NCBI GenBank assembly: GCA_046594375.1
Contig: JBKJSX010000110.1
Coordinates: 1-35,612, forward strand
Origin: Chitinophagaceae bacterium
GTDB lineage: Bacteria > Bacteroidota > Bacteroidia > Chitinophagales > Chitinophagaceae
DNA: 35,612 bases
Direction: 5' to 3'
Part shown: piece after piece, positions 27,899-35,612 of the stretch
How positions within the stretch are numbered: the first letter of the stretch is position 1
How the letters are laid out: every line of letters starts with the position of its first letter
The notes under the pieces: model-generated
Databases searched by the model: none
Seen by the model: only the letters and a program-made list of their open reading frames with translations
What the model was told of the DNA's origin: nothing
Translations under genes and position numbers: made by a program

Positions 27899-28870
27899 AT
27901 GAAGGTACTAGTTACAGGTGGTGCAGGTTACATCGGGTCAGTACTGGTAAGACAATTACTCAAAAAAAATTATGCCATTCGTGTTTTGGATTCTCTAAAA
28001 TTTGGAGGAGATGCATTGTATGATGTAATGCTCCATCCCAATTTTGAATTCTTAAAAGGAGATATCCGAAATGAAAAAGATATTGACAAGGCTCTTGAAG
28101 GCATTGATGCTATTGTACATTTAGCCGCTATTGTTGGTGACCCTGCCTGTAAAAAATTTAGTGAAGAAGCAAATCAAACAAACTGGGATGCCTCGGTAAG
28201 CCTGTTTAAAAAAGCAGAAAAAGCTGGAGTAAAGCGATTTGTATTTGCCAGTACCTGCAGCAATTATGGCAAGATGGCTAACACTGATGCTTTCGTTACA
28301 GAAACTTCAGAACTAAGGCCGGTATCTTTATATGCAGAGCTGAAAGTTAAGTTCGAAAAATTTTTATTAGAAGAAAATAGAGATTCAAATACCTGCAATA
28401 CATGCTTACGTTTTAGCACTGTATATGGCTATTCTCCACGGATGAGATTTGATCTTACAGTAAATGAGTTTACCCGCAATGCAACAATAAACGGTGAGCA
28501 GGAAATTTGGGGAGCCCAGTTCTGGCGGCCTTACTGCCATGTAGATGATCTGGCAAGATCAGTATTGTTGGTACTTGAAAGTGATGAAAAAAAGGTAAGA
28601 GCAAATGTTTTTAATGTGGGAAATATTGATGAAAATTACCAGAAGGGAATGATCATAGAAGAAGTTTGTAAGGTAGTTCCGAATGTAAAAGTAAATTTTG
28701 TTCAAAGCTCAGAAGATCCCCGTGATTACAGGGTTAATTTTGATAAAATTAAGAATGAGCTTGGCTTCACTATTACCAAAAAAGTACCTGATGGAGTAAA
28801 AGAAATTTATTCTCTTGTAAAAACAGGGATCATTGCTGATCCGTTTGCGCAAAAGTTTAGAAACATATAA
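27899..28870 (+). CDS. NAD-dependent nucleotide-sugar epimerase/dehydratase (extended SDR)
   Basis: TGGAGYIGS, HLAAIVGDPAC, ASTCSNYG, YAELK (YxxxK). Confidence 0.92.
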   Translation: MKVLVTGGAGYIGSVLVRQLLKKNYAIRVLDSLKFGGDALYDVMLHPNFEFLKGDIRNEKDIDKALEGIDAIVHLAAIVGDPACKKFSEEANQTNWDASVSLFKKAEKAGVKRFVFASTCSNYGKMANTDAFVTETSELRPVSLYAELKVKFEKFLLEENRDSNTCNTCLRFSTVYGYSPRMRFDLTVNEFTRNATINGEQEIWGAQFWRPYCHVDDLARSVLLVLESDEKKVRANVFNVGNIDENYQKGMIIEEVCKVVPNVKVNFVQSSEDPRDYRVNFDKIKNELGFTITKKVPDGVKEIYSLVKTGIIADPFAQKFRNI

Positions 28871-28919
28871 AATCAAAGAGTTAAGAATAGGTGGTGCGTA
28901 CCCAACGGTCCTTTTTTTA

Positions 28920-28927
28920 TACGTTTG
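28920..28927 (+). promoter_or_regulatory. Bacteroidota -7 promoter element TACGTTTG
   Basis: Exact TAnnTTTG followed by C, 24 nt before ATG 28952. Confidence 0.58.
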
Positions 28928-28951
28928 CAAAAAATACCGCAAAAAAATTCT

Positions 28952-30088
28952 ATGTTATTATTATCCGGACCGAATATCTCAGGTAACGAATGGAAATATG
29001 TAAAGGATTGCCTGGACACAGGTTGGGTAAGCAGTATTGGCGCCTATGTAGAAAAATTTGAGAAGATGACCGCGGAATTTGCAGGATCAAAATATGCGGT
29101 GGCTACAAGCAGCGGTACAACTGCATTACACATTTGTTTGATCTTAAACGGAATTGAGGGTGGAGATTATGTGATTGCCCCAAACTTAACTTTTGTTGCA
29201 AGCATAAATGCTATAAAATATACAAATGCAGATCCTATTTTAATTGATGTAGATGATCATACCTGGCAAATGGATCTGGATCTACTGGAAAAATTTTTAT
29301 CCGAAGAAACTGAAATAAAAAATGGAAAAAGCGTTTATAAAAGAGATGGAAGAAAAATAAAAGCCATTATGCCCGTTCATGTGTTAGGTAACATGTGCGA
29401 TATGGACAGGTTGTTAGCGATCTCAAAAAAATACAACCTGATTGTTATTGAAGATTCTACCGAGGCATTGGGTTCGTATTACAAGAATAAACACGCAGGA
29501 ACCTTTGGGCTAGTAGGAACGTTTAGTTATAATGGAAATAAGATCATTACAACAGGAGGCGGAGGAATGATAGTAACTGATGATAAGGCGCTGGCTAAAA
29601 AAGCAAAACATATTACCACGCAGGCTAAAAGCGATCCATTTGAGTATATACATGATGAAATCGGATACAATTATCGCCTTGTAAATACGGCAGCAGCCAT
29701 CGGTGTGGGGCAAATGGAATTGCTTCCACAATTTTTGCAGCGTAAACGGGAGATCATTGCTTTTTATAAAGAAGAGCTGGAAGGTGTTGGTGATATTTCA
29801 TTTCAAAAAGTGGATGATGAAGTAAGCCCTAACTGGTGGCTGCCCACTATTATGACTGAAAAACAAAAAGAAGTATTAACTATTCTGAATGATAACAAAA
29901 TGCAAAGCCGGCCATTTTGGGTACCGATGAATAAATTGCCAATGTTTAATAACAATTTATATTATACAATAGATGATAGGTCTGATTACATTTACCAAAA
30001 ATGTTTAAGCGTTCCATGCTCAACTAATATTTCTGATGACGAGTTAGCATCAGTTGTTCTAAAAATTAAAGAGTGTTTTGCCCTATAA
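28952..30088 (+). CDS. DegT/DnrJ-family PLP sugar aminotransferase (LegC-like)
   Basis: GWVSS.G, SSGTTALH, PVHVLG, IEDSTEALG, FSYNGNKIITTGGGG (PLP Lys), GYNYR. ATG 28952 is preferred over TTG 28925, which sits inside the promoter motif. Confidence 0.92.
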   Translation: MLLLSGPNISGNEWKYVKDCLDTGWVSSIGAYVEKFEKMTAEFAGSKYAVATSSGTTALHICLILNGIEGGDYVIAPNLTFVASINAIKYTNADPILIDVDDHTWQMDLDLLEKFLSEETEIKNGKSVYKRDGRKIKAIMPVHVLGNMCDMDRLLAISKKYNLIVIEDSTEALGSYYKNKHAGTFGLVGTFSYNGNKIITTGGGGMIVTDDKALAKKAKHITTQAKSDPFEYIHDEIGYNYRLVNTAAAIGVGQMELLPQFLQRKREIIAFYKEELEGVGDISFQKVDDEVSPNWWLPTIMTEKQKEVLTILNDNKMQSRPFWVPMNKLPMFNNNLYYTIDDRSDYIYQKCLSVPCSTNISDDELASVVLKIKECFAL

Positions 30089-30097
30089 AAAAATTGT

Positions 30098-30778
30098 GTG
30101 TACAAATTATTAAAACGTCTTACTGATATTATTATAGCCGGAGTAGCCTTGCTGATCCTCTCCCCGGTAATGGTAATTGTTATAATTGTTTTATCATTCA
30201 CGGGTGAACATGAGGTTTTCTTTTTTCAAAGAAGGATCGGTTATAAAAATAACCTGTTCTACATTTGGAAGTTTGCCACCATGTTAAAGAATAGCCCACA
30301 GATAGGAACCGGACACATTACATTACGTAACGATCCAAGGGTAACATGGTTTGGAAAATTTTTGCGAATAACAAAGCTCAATGAGCTTCCGCAGATCATA
30401 AATGTTTTTAAAGGAGATATGACCCTTGTTGGCCCCCGCCCCTTAATGGAATCCGGATTTAATTTATATTCCAACGAAATTAAAAATAAGATCTACAATG
30501 TAAAGCCGGGAATTACAGGGATCGGCTCGCTTATTTTCAGAGACGAAGAAAAAATAATTTCTGCCTCTAACGACCCGGTGGCAATGTATGAAACGATATC
30601 TCCATTTAAAGGAGCGTTGGAAATGTGGTATCAAAAAAATGCTTCTTTGTATACAGACTTCATGATAATATTTCTCACTGCCTGGTCAATCCCATTTCCA
30701 AATAATACTTTACAGAATAGAATTTTTAAAGACCTGCCCACTAAAGAATTTGAGCCAACCTTACTTGTTACACACTAA
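30098..30778 (+). CDS. Monotopic phosphoglycosyl transferase (Bac_transf; PglC-like initiating transferase) with non-canonical NE dyad
   Basis: KRLTDI, single N-terminal hydrophobic helix with SP, KFATM, DPRVT, TKLNELPQ, GDMTLVGPRP, KPGITG. GTG start. Confidence 0.9.
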   Translation: MYKLLKRLTDIIIAGVALLILSPVMVIVIIVLSFTGEHEVFFFQRRIGYKNNLFYIWKFATMLKNSPQIGTGHITLRNDPRVTWFGKFLRITKLNELPQIINVFKGDMTLVGPRPLMESGFNLYSNEIKNKIYNVKPGITGIGSLIFRDEEKIISASNDPVAMYETISPFKGALEMWYQKNASLYTDFMIIFLTAWSIPFPNNTLQNRIFKDLPTKEFEPTLLVTH

Positions 30779-31736
30779 CATTTTTTAATGCCCAGTCAAT
30801 AAACTTTCTCAATCCATCTTCCAACTTTGTTGAAGGATTATAGTTAAGCAATTGTTGTGCTTTGGTAATATCAGCGCATGTTACAGGTACATCACCTTCC
30901 TGTTCAGAAAGTTTGTTTAATATCGCTTTTTTGTTCAACACTTTTTCAATAGTACTTACCAATTGAGATAAGGTAACAGGATTATTGTTTCCTAAATTTA
31001 TTATTTCAAAATTTGATTGATCGTATTTCATTGCTGCTATAATTCCCGCAACCGTATCTTTTACAAAAGTGTAATCTCTCAAGGTATTTCCAGCACCAAA
31101 AAAATTAATTGGCTCACCCTTATTTATTTTTCTTGTAAAATTATTAATAGCAAGGTCGGGCCTTTGCCTGGGTCCATACACCGTGAAGAATCGTAGGGCT
31201 ATAAATCGAATTTCAAATAACTGGCTATAGGTTTTTCCCAGCCACTCGCCTGCAATTTTTGAGGATGCATAGGGGCTTACAGGCATCAGGTCCGTATCAC
31301 TTTCTTTCCACGGGTAATTTGGATTTATTCCATATACACTACTTGATGATCCGAATACAAATTGCTTTACTGATTTTTGCTTTGCTATCTCCAAAATATT
31401 TTGAAGCCCAACAACATTTACCTGTTGATATAAAACAGGATCTTTAATACTTGGACGTACACCTGCTTTTGCTGCAAGGTGAACAATAATATCATATTGC
31501 TCATCCAACTTTTCGGATAAATTTTTATCTGCAATATCAGCCTCCACCAATTTAAAATCAGGATTACCAATGTGAGGTTCTATATTTTTTCTTTTTAATG
31601 CAGGATCATAAAAATTATCAAAGTTGTCAATACAGGTGATCTTATAATTACCGTCAGCTAATAAAAAATCAATGAGATGACTTCCGATAAAACCAGCGCC
31701 ACCAGTTACTAAAATATTTTTTTTAGAATTTATCAT
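30768..31736 (-). CDS. NAD-dependent epimerase, UDP-glucuronate/UDP-GlcNAcA 4-epimerase-like
   Basis: TGGAGFIGS, DNFDNFYD..LKR.N, HLAAKAGVRPS, SSSSVYG, YASSK, LRFFTVYGPRQRPD. Confidence 0.9.
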   Translation of the reverse strand: MINSKKNILVTGGAGFIGSHLIDFLLADGNYKITCIDNFDNFYDPALKRKNIEPHIGNPDFKLVEADIADKNLSEKLDEQYDIIVHLAAKAGVRPSIKDPVLYQQVNVVGLQNILEIAKQKSVKQFVFGSSSSVYGINPNYPWKESDTDLMPVSPYASSKIAGEWLGKTYSQLFEIRFIALRFFTVYGPRQRPDLAINNFTRKINKGEPINFFGAGNTLRDYTFVKDTVAGIIAAMKYDQSNFEIINLGNNNPVTLSQLVSTIEKVLNKKAILNKLSEQEGDVPVTCADITKAQQLLNYNPSTKLEDGLRKFIDWALKNVSV

Positions 31737-31765
31737 ATTATCTAATCAAATTGTTTAAGCCATGC

Positions 31766-31800
31766 ATACTTTACAGGTTTTTAAACCTGTGAGGTTTTTT
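31766..31800. repeat. REP-like inverted doublet or hairpin; possible + strand intrinsic terminator
   Basis: ATACTTTACAGGTTT-TT-AAACCTGTGAGGTTT: two inverted 15-mers matching at 12/15, followed by a T run on the + strand (31795-31800). Confidence 0.6.
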
Positions 31801-31820
31801 AATGAATTTGAGTATTAAAT

Positions 31821-34800
31821 TTAATCAATGCTCTCTTCCATCCTGTTTAAAAACTCCCAAAGTTCATACATAGTTTTTATATTTTCTACAATTAATATCC
31901 CATTCCTTCCAACCTGTTTTAGTTTTGCTTTATTAGTTTTTGTTTGAATGAATTTTAAAATGCCGCTAAATGTTTCACTTGAAAAATAAGGAGATTCCGG
32001 ATTGCTTACAAAGAAGCATTTTAGATTTTCATTCTTCAACAGCATCTTCTCAAAGCCAAGCTCTACAGCAATTTTACGACAGCGAACGGTAGTGAACAGA
32101 TCTTCAACCTCTGGAGGAATGGGACCAAAACGGTCTATCATCTCTGCATGAAAATCATTTAATTCTTTTTCATTTTCACAATTATCCAGCCTTGAATACA
32201 AGCTCAGTCTTTCTGTAATGCTCTCAACATAATTATCAGGAATTAAAATTTCCAGATCAGTATCAATGGTACAGTCTTTTACAAAATCATCCTGCTGCTG
32301 AATTTCTTCTTTAAACAATTCTTTAAATTCTTTGCGTTTTAATTCTCTTATCGCTTCATCAAGAATTTTTTGGTACATCTCAAATCCTATCTCCGCAATA
32401 AATCCGCTTTGCTCGCCACCCAATAAATTACCGGCACCACGAATGTCAAGATCACGCATTGCAATCTGGAACCCGCTTCCAAGATCACTGTACTGTTCTA
32501 AAGTTGATAATCGCTTTCTACTATCTGCCGGCAATGTGCTCATCGGCGGCGCCAGCAAATAACAAAAAGCTTTCCTGTTGCTTCTTCCCACTCTTCCTCT
32601 TAATTGGTGCAAATCACTCAAGCCAAACTGGTGTGCATTGTTCACAATAATTGTATTCACGTTGGCAATATCTACACCACTTTCAACAATATTTGTACAA
32701 ACTAACACGTCATATTTTTTATCCATAAAATCAAGGATCGTTTCTTCTAATTTATCGCCATCCATTTGTCCGTGAGCAAATGCAATGCTGAGATCAGGGC
32801 ACAAACCCTGTATCAATCCTTTCATTTCCGACAATCCATGTACACGGTTGTGAATAAAAAAAACCTGCCCTCCTCTTTCTGTTTCATAATAGATTGCATC
32901 CCTTATAAAATCTGCATTAAACACATGCACTTCAGTTTGTATTGGCTGACGGTTTGGTGGTGGTGTGTTAATGATGCTTAGATCTCTTGCACCCATCAAA
33001 CTAAATTGTAACGTTCGTGGTATTGGTGTTGCTGTTAGCGTAAGCGAATCAACAGTTGTTCTTATCTGTTTTAATTTTTCTTTCGACGACACCCCAAACT
33101 TTTGTTCTTCATCAATTATCATCACGCCGAGATCTTTAAACTTTACATCTTTACTTAGCAAAGCATGTGTGCCGATAATGATATCAACTTTTCCTTCTTC
33201 TAATTTTTTAAGTGTTTCTTTTTTCTCTTTTGAAGATTTAAAACGATTAATATAATCAACAGTTACCGGGAAATCTTTTAAACGTTCACCAAAAGTTTTA
33301 TAATGCTGATATGCAAGGATAGTTGTAGGAACCAGTATTGCAGCCTGTTTTCCGTCAAGGCATGTTTTAAAGGCTGCCCGTATAGCTATCTCGGTTTTAC
33401 CAAAACCTACGTCGCCGCAAACCAATCGATCCATCGGCGATGGCTTTTCCATATCACGTTTTACATCAATGGTTGCCTTGTTTTGATCGGGCGTATCCTC
33501 GTAAATAAAAGATGCTTCCAGTTCTGTTTGCATGTAATTATCCGGCGAATGAGCAAACCCTTTCAGGCTTTTACGTTGCGCATATAATTTTATAAGATCA
33601 GTTGCAATATCCTTAACCTGTTTCTTGGTTTTATCTTTTAATTTATTCCAGACATCGCTACCCAGCTTATTCATTTTAGGCACTGTGCCTTCTTTGCCAC
33701 TATACTTACTTATTTTATGAAGGGAAGAAATATTTACATACAGCAGGTCTTTGTCTTTGTAAATAATCCTTACTGCCTCCTGCATTTTTCCGTTTGCATC
33801 TATCTTCTGTAAGCCGCTATACACGCCAACTCCATGATCAATGTGTGTTACATAATCTCCCGGCTGCAACTCACGCAAAGTTTTTAAAGTAAGCGCTTTA
33901 TTCTTGCTGAATGCCTGCTTTACTTTGTATTTGTGATAGCGTTGAAATATCTGGTGATCTGTATAACAAACAAGTTGCAGATCATCATCAATAAAACCTT
34001 CGTGAATAGAAGTTGGTATTGGTGTGAATTGAATCTCCGCTTTCAAATCTGCAAAAATGCTGTGCAGCCTTTCTAACTGCTTTGGATTATCAGCAAACAA
34101 AAAGATGTTGTATTTTTTTTGCTCAAACTCTTTTAAATTTTGAATGAGCAAATTAAACTGGCGGTTAAATGCAGGTTGTTCTTTGGTTAAAAAGTTGACG
34201 GTTGTTGGTTGCCTGTTGTCAGCCTGCGATGTTTTGGCAAAAAATGGTTTGTTGCCAAACTCAACTACATGTCTTTGTTTTATTTGTTCTTCTATAACAT
34301 TTGCTTTTACAAAATCATTTTCTGTAACAACATTCTTTTCAGATAGCTCATCAAATTCTTCGTGGTATTTGTTGCCAGTAGCCTGCGGCTTGTTTATTTT
34401 TTCAATTTCTAAAAACGTTTCGAGGTCTTCTTCCTGCTGAACAATTTTTTCTTTTATAAAATCCCAGTCTTCTGTCCACACTGTTGTATTCCCGGGAAGA
34501 AAATTTAATAAAGAAACTTTTTCTCCTGAATCAATCCCGATAGCCATCGGGAGTGTTTCCACATTAGGGATGATGTTTACCTGCAATAGTTTTCTTTCAC
34601 TCAGTTGGTTCTCCGGATCAAAAATCCGTATGCTGTCGATCTCGTTGCCAAATAATTCTATGCGGTAAGGTTTTTCATTGCCAAAGGAATAAATATCAAG
34701 AATGCCTCCACGCACTGCAAACTGGCCGGGCTCATACACAAAATCAGTTCTTGTAAAACCATATTCAACAAAGCGTTTTAGTATGCCATCAACATCAATC

Positions 34801-35270
34801 GTTTCTCCCTGTTTAAAAGAAATAATATTTTCAGAAAGTGTTTTAGATAAAACCACTTTTTCAAATAACGCCTCGGGATATGTAATGATAGCACCGACTC
34901 TAATATTATCTGCAGCGGTAGAAAATTTTGTAAGGCACTCCGTTCGCAGCATTACGTGGCTGCTGTTTAACAGCCGGTAATTCTTTTTTGTTTTAAAAGA
35001 AGATGGAAAATAAAATATGTTTAAAGCATTGCTGATATTTTCCAATGTATTATGAAAATAGGCAGCCTCTTCAGCGTCTCTTAAAATAACAAGGTGATTG
35101 ATCTTTGATGCAGCAGGGTGATTAAAAACTGCATTAATAATAAATTGTGAAGCGCTGCCGCGTAAACCTGCAAGATGAATTTTTTGGGGCTGGAACAAAC
35201 CAATCCTGTCCGCAATTGAAAAAATGCGGGGATCATTCTTGTAACTACTCAGCAACACATCCAGGTTCAT
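31821..35270 (-). CDS. mfd: Transcription-repair coupling factor
   Basis: 1149 aa. UvrB-like RGGILDIYS, CarD/RID domain [62 protein letters not shown]-terminal TRCF domain. Confidence 0.98.
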   Translation of the reverse strand: MNLDVLLSSYKNDPRIFSIADRIGLFQPQKIHLAGLRGSASQFIINAVFNHPAASKINHLVILRDAEEAAYFHNTLENISNALNIFYFPSSFKTKKNYRLLNSSHVMLRTECLTKFSTAADNIRVGAIITYPEALFEKVVLSKTLSENIISFKQGETIDVDGILKRFVEYGFTRTDFVYEPGQFAVRGGILDIYSFGNEKPYRIELFGNEIDSIRIFDPENQLSERKLLQVNIIPNVETLPMAIGIDSGEKVSLLNFLPGNTTVWTEDWDFIKEKIVQQEEDLETFLEIEKINKPQATGNKYHEEFDELSEKNVVTENDFVKANVIEEQIKQRHVVEFGNKPFFAKTSQADNRQPTTVNFLTKEQPAFNRQFNLLIQNLKEFEQKKYNIFLFADNPKQLERLHSIFADLKAEIQFTPIPTSIHEGFIDDDLQLVCYTDHQIFQRYHKYKVKQAFSKNKALTLKTLRELQPGDYVTHIDHGVGVYSGLQKIDANGKMQEAVRIIYKDKDLLYVNISSLHKISKYSGKEGTVPKMNKLGSDVWNKLKDKTKKQVKDIATDLIKLYAQRKSLKGFAHSPDNYMQTELEASFIYEDTPDQNKATIDVKRDMEKPSPMDRLVCGDVGFGKTEIAIRAAFKTCLDGKQAAILVPTTILAYQHYKTFGERLKDFPVTVDYINRFKSSKEKKETLKKLEEGKVDIIIGTHALLSKDVKFKDLGVMIIDEEQKFGVSSKEKLKQIRTTVDSLTLTATPIPRTLQFSLMGARDLSIINTPPPNRQPIQTEVHVFNADFIRDAIYYETERGGQVFFIHNRVHGLSEMKGLIQGLCPDLSIAFAHGQMDGDKLEETILDFMDKKYDVLVCTNIVESGVDIANVNTIIVNNAHQFGLSDLHQLRGRVGRSNRKAFCYLLAPPMSTLPADSRKRLSTLEQYSDLGSGFQIAMRDLDIRGAGNLLGGEQSGFIAEIGFEMYQKILDEAIRELKRKEFKELFKEEIQQQDDFVKDCTIDTDLEILIPDNYVESITERLSLYSRLDNCENEKELNDFHAEMIDRFGPIPPEVEDLFTTVRCRKIAVELGFEKMLLKNENLKCFFVSNPESPYFSSETFSGILKFIQTKTNKAKLKQVGRNGILIVENIKTMYELWEFLNRMEESID
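34194..34221. repeat. 7-nt periodic repeat (GTTGnnn)x4 inside mfd
   Basis: GTTGACG GTTGTTG GTTGCCT GTTGTCA. Encodes part of [10 protein letters not shown] on the minus strand. Confidence 0.75.
34371..34398. repeat. Degenerate 7-nt periodic repeat inside mfd
   Basis: GTTGCCA GTAGCCT GCGGCTT GTTTATT. Encodes INKPQATGN. Shares GTTGCC and AGCCTGCG with the first repeat region. Confidence 0.45.
34535..34552. repeat. 18-nt palindromic element TCCCGAT-AGCC-ATCGGGA inside mfd
   Basis: Perfect 7-bp arms, one substitution from the full palindrome TCCCGATAGCTATCGGGA. Translated within LPMAIGI (aa 240-246). Confidence 0.8.
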
Positions 35271-35278
35271 TCGCCGGG

Positions 35279-35286
35279 CAAAGATA
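35279..35286 (-). promoter_or_regulatory. Bacteroidota -7 promoter element TATCTTTG for mfd
   Basis: Minus strand reads TATCTTTG-CCCGGCGA-ATG, leaving only 8 nt between the motif and the start codon. Confidence 0.62.
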
Positions 35287-35370
35287 CAGTTAACACCAAT
35301 ATCAGGTTATAGCAAAAAAAGGTAATTGCCGCAATTTTCTATTTCTTTGCACACTAAACTAAAAAAATTT

Positions 35371-35612
35371 ATGGCATTGCAACCATGGAGTATTGGCAAA
35401 GTTATTCGCATAGAAAACGAAACAGATGACACAAGAAGATTCTGGATTGAAGTGCCTGAGTTGGAAAAATTTGATTTTATTCCCGGCCAGTTTGTAACGC
35501 TTGACCTGCCTATTCATGAGAAAAAAAATAAACGTTGGCGCAGTTATTCCATTGCATCCTGGCCAGATGGAACAAATGTTTTCGAACTTATTATAGTATT
35601 GGATCAAAAAGG
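35371..35612 (+). CDS. Ferredoxin-NADP reductase-family FAD-binding oxidoreductase, N-terminal fragment (runs off the window)
   Basis: Not in the ORF track. Reads MALQPWSIGKVIRIENETDDTRRFWIEVPELEKFDFIPGQFVTLDLP...RWRSYSIASWP, with the F.PGQF and RxYS FAD-binding motifs. Confidence 0.9.
   Translation, partial: MALQPWSIGKVIRIENETDDTRRFWIEVPELEKFDFIPGQFVTLDLPIHEKKNKRWRSYSIASWPDGTNVFELIIVLDQK

Noticed and set aside
28871-28920. Possible terminator or small RNA before the T7 run upstream of the aminotransferase
   Set aside because: Only a 3-bp stem (GGT-GCGT-ACC) is evident, with no convincing hairpin adjacent to the T run.
15393-28951. ORF-track upstream starts at 15393, 19701 and 28925
   Set aside because: They are non-ATG extensions with no domain content, and two overlap TAnnTTTG promoter motifs. 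ATGs at 15414, 19653 and 28952 fit better.
1092-34980. The many 62-127 aa ORFs antisense to or nested in long genes (for example 1092..1358, 12768..13130, 25686..26069, 32332..34980)
   Set aside because: They are shadow ORFs overlapping well-supported genes and show no recognisable motifs.
35359-35607. 82-aa minus-strand ORF at the right edge
   Set aside because: It is antisense to the motif-supported FNR-family gene starting at 35371 on the + strand.
1-35612. CRISPR arrays, tRNA/rRNA genes, IS elements, prophage or defence genes
   Set aside because: The window is almost entirely coding, with gaps of about 110 bp or less. No spaced direct repeats, cloverleaf-like sequences or transposase/integrase motifs were seen.

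Overview
This AT-rich window is probably from a Bacteroidota genome: there are TAnnTTTG -7 promoter motifs and no Shine-Dalgarno sites, and a Chitinophagaceae-like origin is my impression only. About 31.7 kb is one large cell-surface glycan locus. It begins with the 3' end of rfbA/rmlA. It then encodes a MurJ-like flippase, a Wzm/Wzt ABC exporter, nine GT4/GT2-type glycosyltransferases and two AsnB-type amidotransferases. It also has five SAM-methyltransferase domains in four ORFs, two hexapeptide acyltransferases, a formyltransferase, glf, an SDR dehydratase, a DegT/LegC-type aminotransferase and a monotopic phosphoglycosyl transferase. Two paralogous uncharacterised polytopic membrane proteins are also present. 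On the minus strand, mfd and a UDP-uronate 4-epimerase-like gene converge on the locus. A partial ferredoxin-NADP-reductase-family gene starts at the right edge. Main oddities: (i) a palindromic element and two 7-nt-periodic repeats translated in frame inside mfd; (ii) a two-methyltransferase fusion that depends on an A8 run next to an out-of-frame TGA; (iii) G8/G7 tracts in adjacent glycosyltransferases; (iv) an initiating transferase with Asn in place of the catalytic Asp; (v) pgl-like enzymes alongside two unknown GT-C/Wzy-like proteins; (vi) antisense genes abutting the + strand genes with no terminator space. No RNA genes, CRISPR arrays or transposases were seen. All family assignments come from motif recognition, not database searches.
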